Of a DNA stretch of 64,000 bases, positions 23,301 through 33,372 are shown piece after piece. Made by a program: the position numbers and the translations under genes. The stretch is from Spirochaetota bacterium (GTDB lineage Bacteria > Spirochaetota > UBA4802 > UB4802). Positions within the stretch are counted from its first letter, which is position 1. Each line of letters starts with the position of its first letter. The notes under the pieces are model-generated. The model had not been told where the DNA came from. It saw only the letters and a list, made by a program, of their open reading frames with translations, and ran no database searches. Location of the stretch: NCBI GenBank assembly GCA_026414805.1, contig JAOAIH010000004.1:15808-79807 (forward strand), read 5' to 3'.

Positions 23301-26300
23301 AAACTTTGGAAATGTATGGATATTCCTCAAAAGAAGAAATGCTTTCGGGCAATATTGGTGATTTAAGTGCAAATATTTATCCATATACAGAAGAGGAAGC
23401 ACAGGAAAAAGTTGCTCTTGCATTAAAAGGCGAAGTTCCTACCTTCGAGTGGTTGGCAAAAAAGAAAAATGGTGAAGTATTCTGGGTAGAAGTAACACTT
23501 AAAAAAGTAACACTTGCAGGCAAGGAAAGAGTATTGGCAATAGTACGTGATATAAATGAAAGAAAAAAAACAGAAGAAAAGCTGACTCTTTATAGTAAAA
23601 GATTAAATACTATTATTGAAGCTGTAAATATTGGTACGTGGGAATGGAATGTGCAGACGGGTGAGCTTGTTTTAAATGAGGTCTGGGCAAATATGGTTGG
23701 GTATACATTACAGGAGCTATCGCCCATATCATTACAAACATGGGAATCATTAACCCACCCTGAGGATTTAAAAAAAGCTTATGATACGCTGGAAAAACAC
23801 TTCAATGGCCAATTGCCGTATTACGAATGCGAAATAAGAATGAAACACAAAAATGGTAATTGGATATGGATTCTTGATAAAGGCAGAGTGGTGATGTGGA
23901 CTAACGATGGCAAACCGCTCATGATGTATGGTACCCATACCGATATTACAAAATTAAAAGAAACTGAACAGGCCTTACGCCAATCAAAAGAGTTTATTAA
24001 TAATGTCCTTGATACTATACCTGTAAGAGTATTCTGGAAAGATAGGCAATTGAGATATTTAGGGTGCAACAGGGCATTTGCTGTTGATGCTGGGTATGAT
24101 GACCCTGCTCAAATTGTTGGAAAGACAGATTTTGATATGGCCTGGAAACAGCAAGCAGAGCTCTACAGGAAAGATGATAAAGATGTAATAGAAACTGGGA
24201 TTGCGAAATTGGGTTATGAGGAACCTCAAAATACGCCTGATGGTAACATATTATGGCTGCGTACCAGCAAAGTACCATTGCGCAATGAAAGTGGTGAAAT
24301 TATAGGCGTGCTTGGAACGTATGAGGATATTACAGAAGCAAAAAAAGCTGAAAAAGATCTTAAAGACAGCGAAGAACGGTACCGTAATTTAGCTGAATCA
24401 ACACAGGATTGTATAGCTTTGCATGATATGAATGGTGTTATTCAATACGTAAATCAGGCTGCAGTAAATATTACTGGATATTCACGTGAAGAGATAATTG
24501 GTAAAAATATAATCATGTTCATTCCACGTAAGTACCGGCGTTCAATTTATGAACGGCACACAAAGCGGCTTAAAGGATTTATGGGTATAGATCAGTTTGA
24601 AGCAGAAATGATTAATAAATATGGAGTTTTAATACCTGTACAGGTGACTTCAACACCTATTGTTAAGGATAATAAGATTGTATCAATAATGATTGTTGTT
24701 CATGACCTTACTCAGCGCAAAATAGCTGAGGAGTTATTGATAAAGAATAAAGAGCGTCTGGAAGCTGCAATATCTATACTGCAATATGATGCACATGATA
24801 CTCGTGAATTAATTGATTATGTGTTGAATCAGGCTTTGCTGTTAACAGGGAGCAAAATTGGTTTTATCATGAGTTATGATAACAAAGAAAAGAAATTCTC
24901 TGTTGAAGCATGGTCAAAAGAAGTCATGTATGAATGTACTATAATAGAGAAGCCAGAAGTGTATTATCTGCATAATGCCGGTATATGGGCTGAAGCGGTC
25001 CGTCAGGCACGGCCAGTTATTATTAATAATTATAAAGAGCCACATACAGCAAAGAAAGGCTATCCAGAAGGCCATGTGGATATTATCCGGTATTTGGGTA
25101 TACCAGTATTTAAAAATAAAGAGATAGTTGCCACTGTTGGTGTTGCCAATAAAGAAACTGATTATACTGAAATAGATGTTTTGCAATTAACATTGCTTAT
25201 GGATGCAGCATGGAAATCAATTGAGCGTTTGGAGATAAAACTGGCTCTTTCTGAAAGTGAAGCAAAATTCAGAACGTTAGCTGATTTAAGCCCAACGGCT
25301 ATTATGATGTATCAGGATGATAAATTTGTATACGTTAATAAGGCTGCTGAGCGCATTTCAGGTTACAGTTTTGAAGAAGCAGTTACTATGGATTTTTGGT
25401 CTATTGTACATCCTGATGATTTGCAGATGATTATTGAAAAAGGAAAGAAACGACAAGCGGGTCAACATGGATTAGATAGTTATGAGTTCAGGATTATTAC
25501 AAGGGGTGGGGAAATTAAATGGGTCTATATCACCAGTGCAACTGTGCAATATAGAGGTAGACCTGCTGGTCTTGTTTCAGTGTTGGATATAACCGACCGT
25601 AAAAAAGCAGAGGACGCCCTGTATGAAGAAAAGGAAAAACTACAGATAACTCTACAAAGTATTGGTGACGGAGTAATAGCAACAGATACTCAAGGTAAAG
25701 TGGTGATTATAAATGCAGCTGCACAGCGGCTTACAGGGTATTCCCAGATAGAAGCGGAAGGGAAACCTCTTACAGAGATCTTTACAATTATTCATGAGCT
25801 ATCGGGCAAACCTTTAGAAAACCCGGTTGAAAAAGTATTAGCAACAGGAAAAGTATATGAGCTTTCTAATCATACAGTCCTGGTGGCAAAAGACGGTACA
25901 CGACGTATTATTGCTGATAGTGCTGCACCTATTAAAGATGCTTCTGGAAATATTCTGGGAGTTGTACTTGTATTTAGAGATATGACCGAAAAACTACAGC
26001 TAATTGAGCAATCGCAACGTGCACAGCGGTTAGAATCATTAGGGATTCTGGCTGCAGGTATTGCCCATGATTTCAACAATATTCTGGAGGGTGTGTTTGG
26101 GTATATTGGACTTGCTAATGCATATGTAAAAGATGCCAATATATCTGATTTGCTATCACAGGCACTTAAGTCAATCCAGCGTGCAAAAGGTTTGACCGGG
26201 CAACTTTTGACATTTTCAAAAGGTGGACAACCGGTTAAAAAAGTGCAGTCAATTATACCTTTATTGGAAGATACAGTACAGTTTGCAATTAGTGGTTCAA

Positions 26301-27121
26301 ATATTAAAGCGCAATTCTATTTTGATGAAAATCTTAATAATGCTAATTTTGACTATAACCAGATTGCACAGGTAATTGAAAATGTAGTTATCAATGCTGT
26401 TCAAGCAATGCCAATGGGAGGTACTATAACTGTAAGTGCAAACAATGTATCATTTAGTGGCAATGAACATCCATTGCTTGAGGGTGATTACATTAGAATA
26501 ACTATTGCTGACGAGGGTGTAGGCATTCCTAAAGACCTACTGCCTAAAATATTTGATCCTTTCTTTACTACAAAAAGTTTGGGACAAGGCTTGGGGCTTG
26601 CAACAAGCTATTCAATTATTACACGGCATAATGGAACAATAGAAGTTGAATCAGAACCAGGAAAAGGAACAACGGTGTATATTTATCTGCCAGCCTCAAA
26701 AAGTAGAGTACAAGATGTACAAAAGAAAGAAGAAAAGAAGATACTGAAAGGAGGAAAAATACTTATTCTTGATGATGAACCTACAATGCGACAGATTATG
26801 CTACAATTTTTAGAACATCTGGGTTTTGAAGGAGTAGCTGTTGACAATGGAAACGATGCAATTGAAATATTTTTAAGGGAAAAAGAAAAAGGAAGGCCAT
26901 TTGATGCATTAATCTTTGATATGACAATAAAGGGAGGTATGGGTGGCAAAGAAGCAATTGCCGAAATACGAAAATATGATTCCAAAGTGCCTGCATTTGT
27001 CATGAGCGGGTATAGTGAAGACTATGTAATGGTACACCCCCAGGAACATGGATTTAACGCTGGTATTAGCAAACCGTTCACACTTGAAGAATTGGAAGCA
27101 TTGCTGGCAAAGTATTTTTAA
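20327..27121 (+). CDS. Giant multi-PAS/GAF hybrid sensor histidine kinase (HisKA + HATPase_c + receiver)
   Basis: 2264 aa. N-terminal hydrophobic segment, more than 12 PAS/PAC repeats separated by recurring ITERKKAE-type linkers, a GAF-like segment, an H-box ([16 protein letters not shown]), N/G1/G2 ATPase boxes, and a C-terminal receiver domain (ILILDDEP...[12 protein letters not shown]). The exact start (20327 or an in-frame Met nearby) is uncertain. Confidence 0.9.
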   Translation: MYFPTKTIIVILGYTAFLIMKVVFMDNRKKTRKPSKSARNLKQKKTLPPTKKISQKVDRFDLVANEELTIFKELVENSSYAIGMSTPQGKHYYQNKAFSELFGDIGDDPPSTLYVDKKIGREVFTTIMSGGSWTGQVKMYDRNKNIIDVYLRANAIKDAAGKVIGLVGIHEDITTIKLMEKILKENEEKFRAIFESTTDAVFIMKDDVCIDCNPATLKMFKCSRNDIIGASAHQFHPQFQPNGKKSKELALRYIQKAKKGIPQHFEWQHLKLDGTPFYTEVSLNRLVFGKEVFLLAIVRDITHRKEIETRLKKSEQWYKALFDTSPDVIIIYDFKGNIFAANHRARELYGVGTIGELLTEVTNILDLLDENDKKKAIATMENTLKTGYAAGNVYTIKNKKGQKIQVEVHSSVLPDNEGNPQAFISIIRDISERIKSEKELKDRESKYRALFENATETIMVIQDGMIKLFNNRASELSGYSPEELASRSFIDFIHPEDREMVLNTYLQRIQGKQAPTQYNFKIITKNQEIRWVETHVVLIEWEGKPATLNFLTDITERKIIEDQIKENEAKYRTLFNCANDAIFIMDKEIFIDCNYKTLEMFGCTREQIIGTPPYQFSPEYQPDGRKSKEKALEKIHKALEGYPQFFEWQHCRYDKTPFEAEVSLNAFELGGKQYIQAIVRDITERKKAENMLRRSEEQYRMLVETAKEGIWKIENDVTTYVNKAMADMMGYTQEEMMGKSIYDFMFDEDIPELKERLKKRAKGIDEVYEGRRKKKDGSPLWAIVSAKAIIDEKGNYVGSFALYTDITERKKAEAEIVNKQKLLEDIIAYTPDPTLVIDKNGIVIACNKAMEELLGVNASELIGKGNYEYALPLYGVRRPILIDLALHYDGEIAKKYTYVKKEKDVLIAETTIDNFRGKKVYLWGKAAPLYNKDGNIIGAIETIRDITEQKQNELALKESEQKFREIFDSTTDSIMIDEITETGARIIDCNQQTLEMYGYSSKEEMLSGNIGDLSANIYPYTEEEAQEKVALALKGEVPTFEWLAKKKNGEVFWVEVTLKKVTLAGKERVLAIVRDINERKKTEEKLTLYSKRLNTIIEAVNIGTWEWNVQTGELVLNEVWANMVGYTLQELSPISLQTWESLTHPEDLKKAYDTLEKHFNGQLPYYECEIRMKHKNGNWIWILDKGRVVMWTNDGKPLMMYGTHTDITKLKETEQALRQSKEFINNVLDTIPVRVFWKDRQLRYLGCNRAFAVDAGYDDPAQIVGKTDFDMAWKQQAELYRKDDKDVIETGIAKLGYEEPQNTPDGNILWLRTSKVPLRNESGEIIGVLGTYEDITEAKKAEKDLKDSEERYRNLAESTQDCIALHDMNGVIQYVNQAAVNITGYSREEIIGKNIIMFIPRKYRRSIYERHTKRLKGFMGIDQFEAEMINKYGVLIPVQVTSTPIVKDNKIVSIMIVVHDLTQRKIAEELLIKNKERLEAAISILQYDAHDTRELIDYVLNQALLLTGSKIGFIMSYDNKEKKFSVEAWSKEVMYECTIIEKPEVYYLHNAGIWAEAVRQARPVIINNYKEPHTAKKGYPEGHVDIIRYLGIPVFKNKEIVATVGVANKETDYTEIDVLQLTLLMDAAWKSIERLEIKLALSESEAKFRTLADLSPTAIMMYQDDKFVYVNKAAERISGYSFEEAVTMDFWSIVHPDDLQMIIEKGKKRQAGQHGLDSYEFRIITRGGEIKWVYITSATVQYRGRPAGLVSVLDITDRKKAEDALYEEKEKLQITLQSIGDGVIATDTQGKVVIINAAAQRLTGYSQIEAEGKPLTEIFTIIHELSGKPLENPVEKVLATGKVYELSNHTVLVAKDGTRRIIADSAAPIKDASGNILGVVLVFRDMTEKLQLIEQSQRAQRLESLGILAAGIAHDFNNILEGVFGYIGLANAYVKDANISDLLSQALKSIQRAKGLTGQLLTFSKGGQPVKKVQSIIPLLEDTVQFAISGSNIKAQFYFDENLNNANFDYNQIAQVIENVVINAVQAMPMGGTITVSANNVSFSGNEHPLLEGDYIRITIADEGVGIPKDLLPKIFDPFFTTKSLGQGLGLATSYSIITRHNGTIEVESEPGKGTTVYIYLPASKSRVQDVQKKEEKKILKGGKILILDDEPTMRQIMLQFLEHLGFEGVAVDNGNDAIEIFLREKEKGRPFDALIFDMTIKGGMGGKEAIAEIRKYDSKVPAFVMSGYSEDYVMVHPQEHGFNAGISKPFTLEELEALLAKYF

Positions 27122-27334
27122 GTATTTTATAAAAAATGTTTATTAAACCTTCAACAATAGCAATTTTTAAAAAGCATGGTATACGTATTGACAGTGATTT
27201 GCAACTGTCATCCTAAATCATGTGTTAGCTTAAAGGCAACACAATTTGCCAAAAGGTTCGATAGCTCATTGTCGATGAATGCACTGGCGGTAATTGATAA
27301 AACAAAGCCATGGCCACTTGATATTGAAAAGTTA

Positions 27335-27814
27335 TTATAAAGTGGCAAAACTCTGAAAAACTCTATTAAAAAAAGATTCAAAGCTGTAAAAGGTATTTTC
27401 AGGTGCGCTGCATTCAATGATAAAGATAGTAGCACCTGTGTTGATAATACGTATCCGGTGAATAGAACTAACTTTATTTCTATATGTTGCAACTAGAATA
27501 CCACCGTTATCGTTTCGTGATTGTAGTACAAAGTGAGCATTTGGGTCAATATCCCATATCTTCCATGTCAATTCAGCAAGAATATCAGATTGTATTGATT
27601 TCAATTTGAAAACTTTAATGTAGATGTCTTTTGAGTAAGCACAGATAAATTCATGAATATCACTTTGCATCATTTCAGATATATCCCATGCGGGCACTTC
27701 AACCTGAAACCCCAAAGCGCTTTTGTACATAGTAAAACAATTTGGCGATGAGTTGGATATATTTGGCATGACTACTGTTAACAGTGTAACAATGACAATT
27801 AAAAAATTTTTCAT
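27335..27814 (-). CDS. Hypothetical secreted protein
   Basis: 159 aa. Signal peptide MKNFLIVIVTLLTVVMPNISNS. No recognisable domain. Confidence 0.5.
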   Translation of the reverse strand: MKNFLIVIVTLLTVVMPNISNSSPNCFTMYKSALGFQVEVPAWDISEMMQSDIHEFICAYSKDIYIKVFKLKSIQSDILAELTWKIWDIDPNAHFVLQSRNDNGGILVATYRNKVSSIHRIRIINTGATIFIIECSAPENTFYSFESFFNRVFQSFATL

Positions 27815-28204
27815 TATTTACACCTCCTTGCGGGATATAATTTAACCTTCATCATTTGAGGCAAACCCTTGAATATTTTCTTTCGTTTGCTATCCGTAAA
27901 TATAGTCTTAAAACATTTTACAATTAGCAATTTCACCTCTTTAAGGTAGCTACAAAACTAATTGGTAAGAGATTCCTCCGAACGTATCTACTTTAAAATA
28001 ATAATAAGAAATTGCAAATGTTATTTATATGCTTGAATAGTATTTGTTGTATACTCTGATTTCTATCGTATAGAAAAGCTTTCAAAAAGAAAATAAAAAA
28101 ATATTCATAATAATTTTATATATACTTTACTGTTGATTGGCATCTTACAAACAAAGAAAATTTTGTTATAGCTTTTTTATTTTATAAACAGCTGGAGACT
28201 TTTT

Positions 28205-29389
28205 ATGCCAGTTTCGACAGTTGAAAGTATAATATATCGATTACATGAGCCTTTACCAATGCGCTTTACAGCAGGAATGCTTGTCAGTTCAATGTATTAT
28301 GTTTTTTCTGATACTAAAATTGATGCACTGTCGGAAGCGCTTGCAAAAAATGAAGACATCTTTGCATGCGCGGTTGTAGACAGGTCTATGAAAGTACATG
28401 GCGTAATTGTTAGGAAGGATCTTTTTGATATTCTGGGAAGGCGTTTTGGCAGAGAATTGTACTATAACAAAACAGCGCTTGATATGATACAGAGGGTGCA
28501 GAGTTTTCCTTATAACATACATGTGTTTGAATGTGCAAAGATTATTGAAAGAGATCTACTCACAGGTGTGCAGGATTATTATGTTCTGTTAGATGATAAC
28601 GGCTGTTACAGTGGCATTTTTTCAACAAAAGATATGTTGATATTCCTGTCTCGATTAACACGTATTGATATTGATCAGGCAAAACGAATAATAAGTAGAA
28701 TCATAAAAAAAGAATATATTATAAAAACCAAGCGTTTGCATATTGCAGTACGTACTGAAATGGTGCAGGATATTGGCGGAGATTCATATTATGTTCTATC
28801 GTCAAAAAGCAAAAATCAGCATGTTATTGCGGTGTGTGATGTTTCAGGAAAAGGAATAGCAGCATCAATGATAACTACACTTATAAGTGGCATGATATCA
28901 TCGTATGACTTTGAAAAAAATTCTATAGAATATTTTCTTATACAGTTAAATAATTTTATTTATACTACTTTTGAAGGTGAACGTTTTGTTACTGCATGTT
29001 TTATGTTGATTGATGAAGATAGCGGGATGTTAAATATGTATGATTTTGGCCATTCAATGACATATTTATTACGGAATAATAATATGTTTAAATTGTCTTT
29101 GAAGGAAATAAATATACCATTGGGAATTCAAAAAATGCATTCTGTTAATGGTGGTAGAGCAAAAATAGAGCCAGGTGACACTATCATAGCATTTACCGAT
29201 GGTATTATTGAGCAGCGAAATATTGAAGGCAAAGAATATGGAGTGCAGAGATTAAATAAATTAATTATTGATAATAATACATTTGATCCTATGAACACAA
29301 TTAATGCAGCATTTGATACTATAAAAAATTATAAAGGAAGGTATCCACAACAGGATGATATGACCCTGTTGTGTATTCGATATGAATAG
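28205..29389 (+). CDS. CBS-domain-containing PP2C-type (SpoIIE/RsbU family) serine phosphatase
   Basis: 394 aa. N-terminal CBS-like pair (ACAVVDRSMKVHGVIVRKDLFDILG). C-terminal PPM motifs (GGDSYYV..., VCDVSGKGIAASM, DGIIEQRN). Confidence 0.75.
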   Translation: MPVSTVESIIYRLHEPLPMRFTAGMLVSSMYYVFSDTKIDALSEALAKNEDIFACAVVDRSMKVHGVIVRKDLFDILGRRFGRELYYNKTALDMIQRVQSFPYNIHVFECAKIIERDLLTGVQDYYVLLDDNGCYSGIFSTKDMLIFLSRLTRIDIDQAKRIISRIIKKEYIIKTKRLHIAVRTEMVQDIGGDSYYVLSSKSKNQHVIAVCDVSGKGIAASMITTLISGMISSYDFEKNSIEYFLIQLNNFIYTTFEGERFVTACFMLIDEDSGMLNMYDFGHSMTYLLRNNNMFKLSLKEINIPLGIQKMHSVNGGRAKIEPGDTIIAFTDGIIEQRNIEGKEYGVQRLNKLIIDNNTFDPMNTINAAFDTIKNYKGRYPQQDDMTLLCIRYE

Positions 29390-29393
29390 AGTA

Positions 29394-30779
29394 TTATTTA
29401 TACTGTATAGTATATACCTCAACTGGTTGTTCAATTCCACGGATCGTTACTAATTCCATACGTGTTGTTTGAATAGAGGGGGCTAGCTTTTTTACATCTG
29501 AACTAATTAATATACTATCTTCACTGCACAACTGTTCCAATCGTGAGGCAATATTTACTACTTTTCCTATAGCAGTAAATGTTAACCTGTCCGATGGTCC
29601 AAAACTTCCAACTGTAGCATATCCACAGTGTATGCCTATTCGTAGGTGAAGTGAATGATCTTTTAATTGGTTTTTCCAGCTAATTTGTAATTTTTGAAAT
29701 ACCTTTTGCATTTCAATAGCCATATTAAGAGCATTATCTACCTGCATTGAAGGTATCATGGAATAGGGAGCACCAAATATAATCATGATACCATCTCCCA
29801 GAAACTTATCAACAGTACCATTAAATTTATGTGCAATGGTTGTCATCTGGGTTAAATATTGGTTGAGTATATCAGCAGCTATCTCCGCTTCACTTACATC
29901 AGTAAGCTTTGTAAATCCCTGTATATCAGTAAAGCAAACGGTAATAAATCGTTTTTGAAGTGGAATAATTTCCTGCTTTTGCCGTCGCAATATCATCTGT
30001 ACCAATTGAGATGGCAAATAAGAAGATAGTTGACTGCCAATAGATAAAAGAAATTGTTTTTCTGCTTTCACGATATATAATATGACTAGCACCAGAATTA
30101 AAGAAACAACACTGATGCCACTTACTGCAATAACAGAAAATGTAAAATACCTGTTTTTAGTTTTGATAATTTTATCATAGCTCACTTCATTAATATCATT
30201 GCATACCTTTGATAATAAGTCTGTTGCTAATTGATCTTTGCCTTTGATGATAGAATACACATCATGTGCTGATATTCTATTCTCTTTATATTGTGTTATT
30301 TCATCAATGAGTAATTCGGAAAATTGTTTATGATAATGAACTATATGTTCCATATTTTGTTTTATTGCAGGATATTCATTGAGCATTATTTTAAGATTAA
30401 AAAGTTGATTTTGTACAATAGTATATTGGTAGGAAAATTTGTGAAAGTATTTACGATATTCTTCGTTATCATTTTCAAGTAACATTGCATGTAGTAATGC
30501 CAATTGATTGCCAAAGTCTATTTGTATTGTTTGTGTTAACGTTATTATTTCGTTAATTTTTTCAATTTCTTTATGTGATTTATTAAGGTAATATAAATTC
30601 AGAAACCCACTTAACGATATCATAACCACCAGCAGTAAACCAACAACAATAACCCAGTAAGGTATTTTGGTAATAGAAAATTGTTCAATATCACTGGACA
30701 AAATAGATGGAAGCAGTTTTTTAAATAATAAGTTTAGCCTTTGAATCATGGGAAGCTTCTCCTTGAGAAGATACATCAT
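29394..30779 (-). CDS. Membrane-bound class III adenylate/guanylate cyclase with an N-terminal sensor region
   Basis: 461 aa. Two transmembrane segments flank a periplasmic region. The catalytic domain has FTDIQGFTKLT...GDGIMIIFGAP... in the CYCc pattern. Confidence 0.8.
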   Translation of the reverse strand: MMYLLKEKLPMIQRLNLLFKKLLPSILSSDIEQFSITKIPYWVIVVGLLLVVMISLSGFLNLYYLNKSHKEIEKINEIITLTQTIQIDFGNQLALLHAMLLENDNEEYRKYFHKFSYQYTIVQNQLFNLKIMLNEYPAIKQNMEHIVHYHKQFSELLIDEITQYKENRISAHDVYSIIKGKDQLATDLLSKVCNDINEVSYDKIIKTKNRYFTFSVIAVSGISVVSLILVLVILYIVKAEKQFLLSIGSQLSSYLPSQLVQMILRRQKQEIIPLQKRFITVCFTDIQGFTKLTDVSEAEIAADILNQYLTQMTTIAHKFNGTVDKFLGDGIMIIFGAPYSMIPSMQVDNALNMAIEMQKVFQKLQISWKNQLKDHSLHLRIGIHCGYATVGSFGPSDRLTFTAIGKVVNIASRLEQLCSEDSILISSDVKKLAPSIQTTRMELVTIRGIEQPVEVYTIQYK

Positions 30780-30971
30780 TTACTTATAGCAATGATGTAA
30801 TCATAAGTAATAATTGCAAACCTATTAAAAATGATATAAAGATATAATGAAGATGATGTCAAAATTATTGATGGATAGCGGAGTAATAATGAAATGAAGC
30901 ATTAATTTACTTGACCATAAAGGAATAATTGTTATGAAATAAATAAAGGTATATGCTATCAGGGGAATAGT

Positions 30972-31742
30972 ATGGATATACAGTGGTTAGGAACAGCTTC
31001 AATTAAAATATCCTTGGGCAACACTTCGTTGTACTTTGACCCTTTTATATCAATGAATCCAATGCTACAGTATACTTCTATAGACGATTATGCCGATGCA
31101 ACGGATATATTTGTTACACATGGGCATTTTGACCACATTTATACTATCCCTCAAATATGGAAAATGACCAAGTGCGTTATTTACTGTGGAATACAGGTAG
31201 CTAATGTTTTGCTTAGACAGGGCATTTTGCCTGACTATATACGAATTATTGACCATGGCCAGGTGATATCAATACCACCATTTATTATTAAAATATACCG
31301 AAGTGAGCATATCCGTTTTGACTTTCCTCTTATAGTCAAAACTTTATTTCATAAAAGGGTGTTGCACTATTTCGATAATTTTAAAAATATTGCTTCTATG
31401 ATTAAAAAAATGCCTGCGGGTATTGTATTTGCCTATGAGATAGTGTATAGGGAAAAATCCATACTTCATTTTGGCAGTTTAAACTATTCATCTGCTATTG
31501 CGTATCCTTATAATCCATCGGTGCTCACGATACCATTACAAGGGCGATCGGATATACATGATTATGCAATTGAGTTTATAAAGAAATTCATGCCGCAAAA
31601 AATATTTTTACATCACTTTGATGACACATTCCCACCACTATCATCGAATGTGGATACAACTGGATTTGTTGAAAACGTTATAAAAATTTTCCCGGAAATG
31701 ACAGTTATCATTCCTGAGTATGGAATATCCTATAAAGTATAA
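30972..31742 (+). CDS. MBL-fold metallo-hydrolase
   Basis: 256 aa with a HxHxDH motif (VTHGHFDH). Divergently arranged with the cyclase. Function (possibly a phosphodiesterase) not determined. Confidence 0.7.
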   Translation: MDIQWLGTASIKISLGNTSLYFDPFISMNPMLQYTSIDDYADATDIFVTHGHFDHIYTIPQIWKMTKCVIYCGIQVANVLLRQGILPDYIRIIDHGQVISIPPFIIKIYRSEHIRFDFPLIVKTLFHKRVLHYFDNFKNIASMIKKMPAGIVFAYEIVYREKSILHFGSLNYSSAIAYPYNPSVLTIPLQGRSDIHDYAIEFIKKFMPQKIFLHHFDDTFPPLSSNVDTTGFVENVIKIFPEMTVIIPEYGISYKV

Positions 31743-31743
31743 A

Positions 31744-33372
31744 TTATTCTAGATCTCCTATCTTTTTCAAAATGGTTGCTTCATAAGGGTAGCATTGCAT
31801 TCGTAAATCAGCAAAGTGTTCAAATTTGCTTCGATGAGTTGAATACAGTACTTTCCACTGTGCTTCGTGGTGGTGGTGTAAAAAGGTGTTGGTGTCATTA
31901 AAATTTAATATGATGCATAAAGTTTCATTGTCAAATTTACGGATATATGCTAAAATGCCATTCTTACCCTTAACGATAGGTTCCCAGGTTCCATGAGTAA
32001 GTGCTGGATGTTTTTTTCGCAGTTGTATTATATCCTTAAAGAATGAGAGCAGTGAATAGCGGTCTTTAATTTGATTTTTGACATTAATTGTGCGATAGTT
32101 ACTGTCAATTGGCAACCAGCTGCAACCGTTGCTGAAACCAGCATTTGCCTCATCGGACCATTGCATTGGAGTACGGGCACAGTCCCTACCTTTATACAGC
32201 GGCCAAAAGCGTTTGCCTGCAGGATCAACAATGTTGCGCAGGGGAATGGCACAATTTTTCATTCCTATCTCTTCGCCGTAATATATGAATGGTGTTCCCC
32301 ATAATGTTAAAAGCAAGAGTGCCAAAAGACGTTTAATTGCATCATTACTGTCATTGCTGTATTTGTCGGCATATCGTGGTTGGTCATGATTTGATAAAAC
32401 GTTACATGGCCAACAGTTTTCAGGAATAGCGTTGTACCAATGTTTAATGCATGTATATATTTTTCGTGCATCAAATGGCTGATACAAAAGTGAAAAGTCA
32501 AATGCAAGATTCAATCCTTTACCATTAAAGAGATAACTGGCAGAAAGTTCAGGATTACCGGGAGGATAACAAAATACTTCACCAACAACCATACGGTCAT
32601 CATAGGAATCAATCAGTTCGCGAATTTCCTGAACAAGTATATAGTTTTCCGGCCTGTTGCGATTATATTTTTCTATTTGCTCATTGAATGGATTAAATGA
32701 AAATGGATTGTTACGGAAACGTTTGTCTTTATAGCAATAGTTAATCACATCAAGCCTGAATCCATCTACTCCCATATCAAGCCAGTACCTCATCACATCA
32801 AACATTGCCTGTTTCACTTGTGGGTTTCGCCAGTTTAGATCGGGTTGCTCTTTGAGAAATGAATGAAGATAGTACTGCCCGGTAGGTTGGTGCCATTCCC
32901 AGGCTGATGTTAAATACGCTGATTTCCAGTTGTTGGGCGGTTTTCCTTTTTTGCCATCATGCCATATATACCAGTCGCGCTTTGGATTGTCTTTTGATGA
33001 AGATGATTCTATAAACCACGGATGCAGGTGAGACGTGTGGTTTAACACCATGTCCATTATGATCTTGATGTTGCTACTATGAGCTATCGCCAGTAAATTT
33101 TTGAAATCATCCATTGTGCCAAATGAAGGATCAATGGCATAGTAATCGCTGATATCATATCCACAATCATACATTGGAGAAGTGTATATAGGCGACAGCC
33201 ATATAGCATCAATTCCCAGACTAGTAAGGTAATCAAATTTTTCGATAATGCCCTGGATATCGCCTATGCCATCGCCATTTGAATCATAGAAGCTGCGGGG
33301 ATAGATCTGGTATATTATCCCATGCTTCCACCATACATGTTGTTTTACATTATGCCGCTGTGTTGAGATCAT
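31744..33372 (-). CDS. GH13 alpha-amylase-family enzyme (oligo-1,6-glucosidase / alpha-glucosidase / trehalose-synthase-like)
   Basis: N-terminus WWKHGIIYQIYPRSF, GIDAIWLSPIY, QPDLNWRNPQV, catalytic GVDGFRLDVINY, VGEVF, SNHDQPR. Start placed at the internal Met (MISTQRH, 33372). The track ORF extends to 33417 and would overlap the upstream gene. Confidence 0.85.
   Translation of the reverse strand: MISTQRHNVKQHVWWKHGIIYQIYPRSFYDSNGDGIGDIQGIIEKFDYLTSLGIDAIWLSPIYTSPMYDCGYDISDYYAIDPSFGTMDDFKNLLAIAHSSNIKIIMDMVLNHTSHLHPWFIESSSSKDNPKRDWYIWHDGKKGKPPNNWKSAYLTSAWEWHQPTGQYYLHSFLKEQPDLNWRNPQVKQAMFDVMRYWLDMGVDGFRLDVINYCYKDKRFRNNPFSFNPFNEQIEKYNRNRPENYILVQEIRELIDSYDDRMVVGEVFCYPPGNPELSASYLFNGKGLNLAFDFSLLYQPFDARKIYTCIKHWYNAIPENCWPCNVLSNHDQPRYADKYSNDSNDAIKRLLALLLLTLWGTPFIYYGEEIGMKNCAIPLRNIVDPAGKRFWPLYKGRDCARTPMQWSDEANAGFSNGCSWLPIDSNYRTINVKNQIKDRYSLLSFFKDIIQLRKKHPALTHGTWEPIVKGKNGILAYIRKFDNETLCIILNFNDTNTFLHHHHEAQWKVLYSTHRSKFEHFADLRMQCYPYEATILKKIGDLE

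Noticed and set aside
20365-27003. Numerous 60-130-aa antisense ORFs inside the histidine kinase (also inside ligA, lnt, GH13, rnr and others)
   Set aside because: Shadow ORFs on the strand opposite well-supported long genes.
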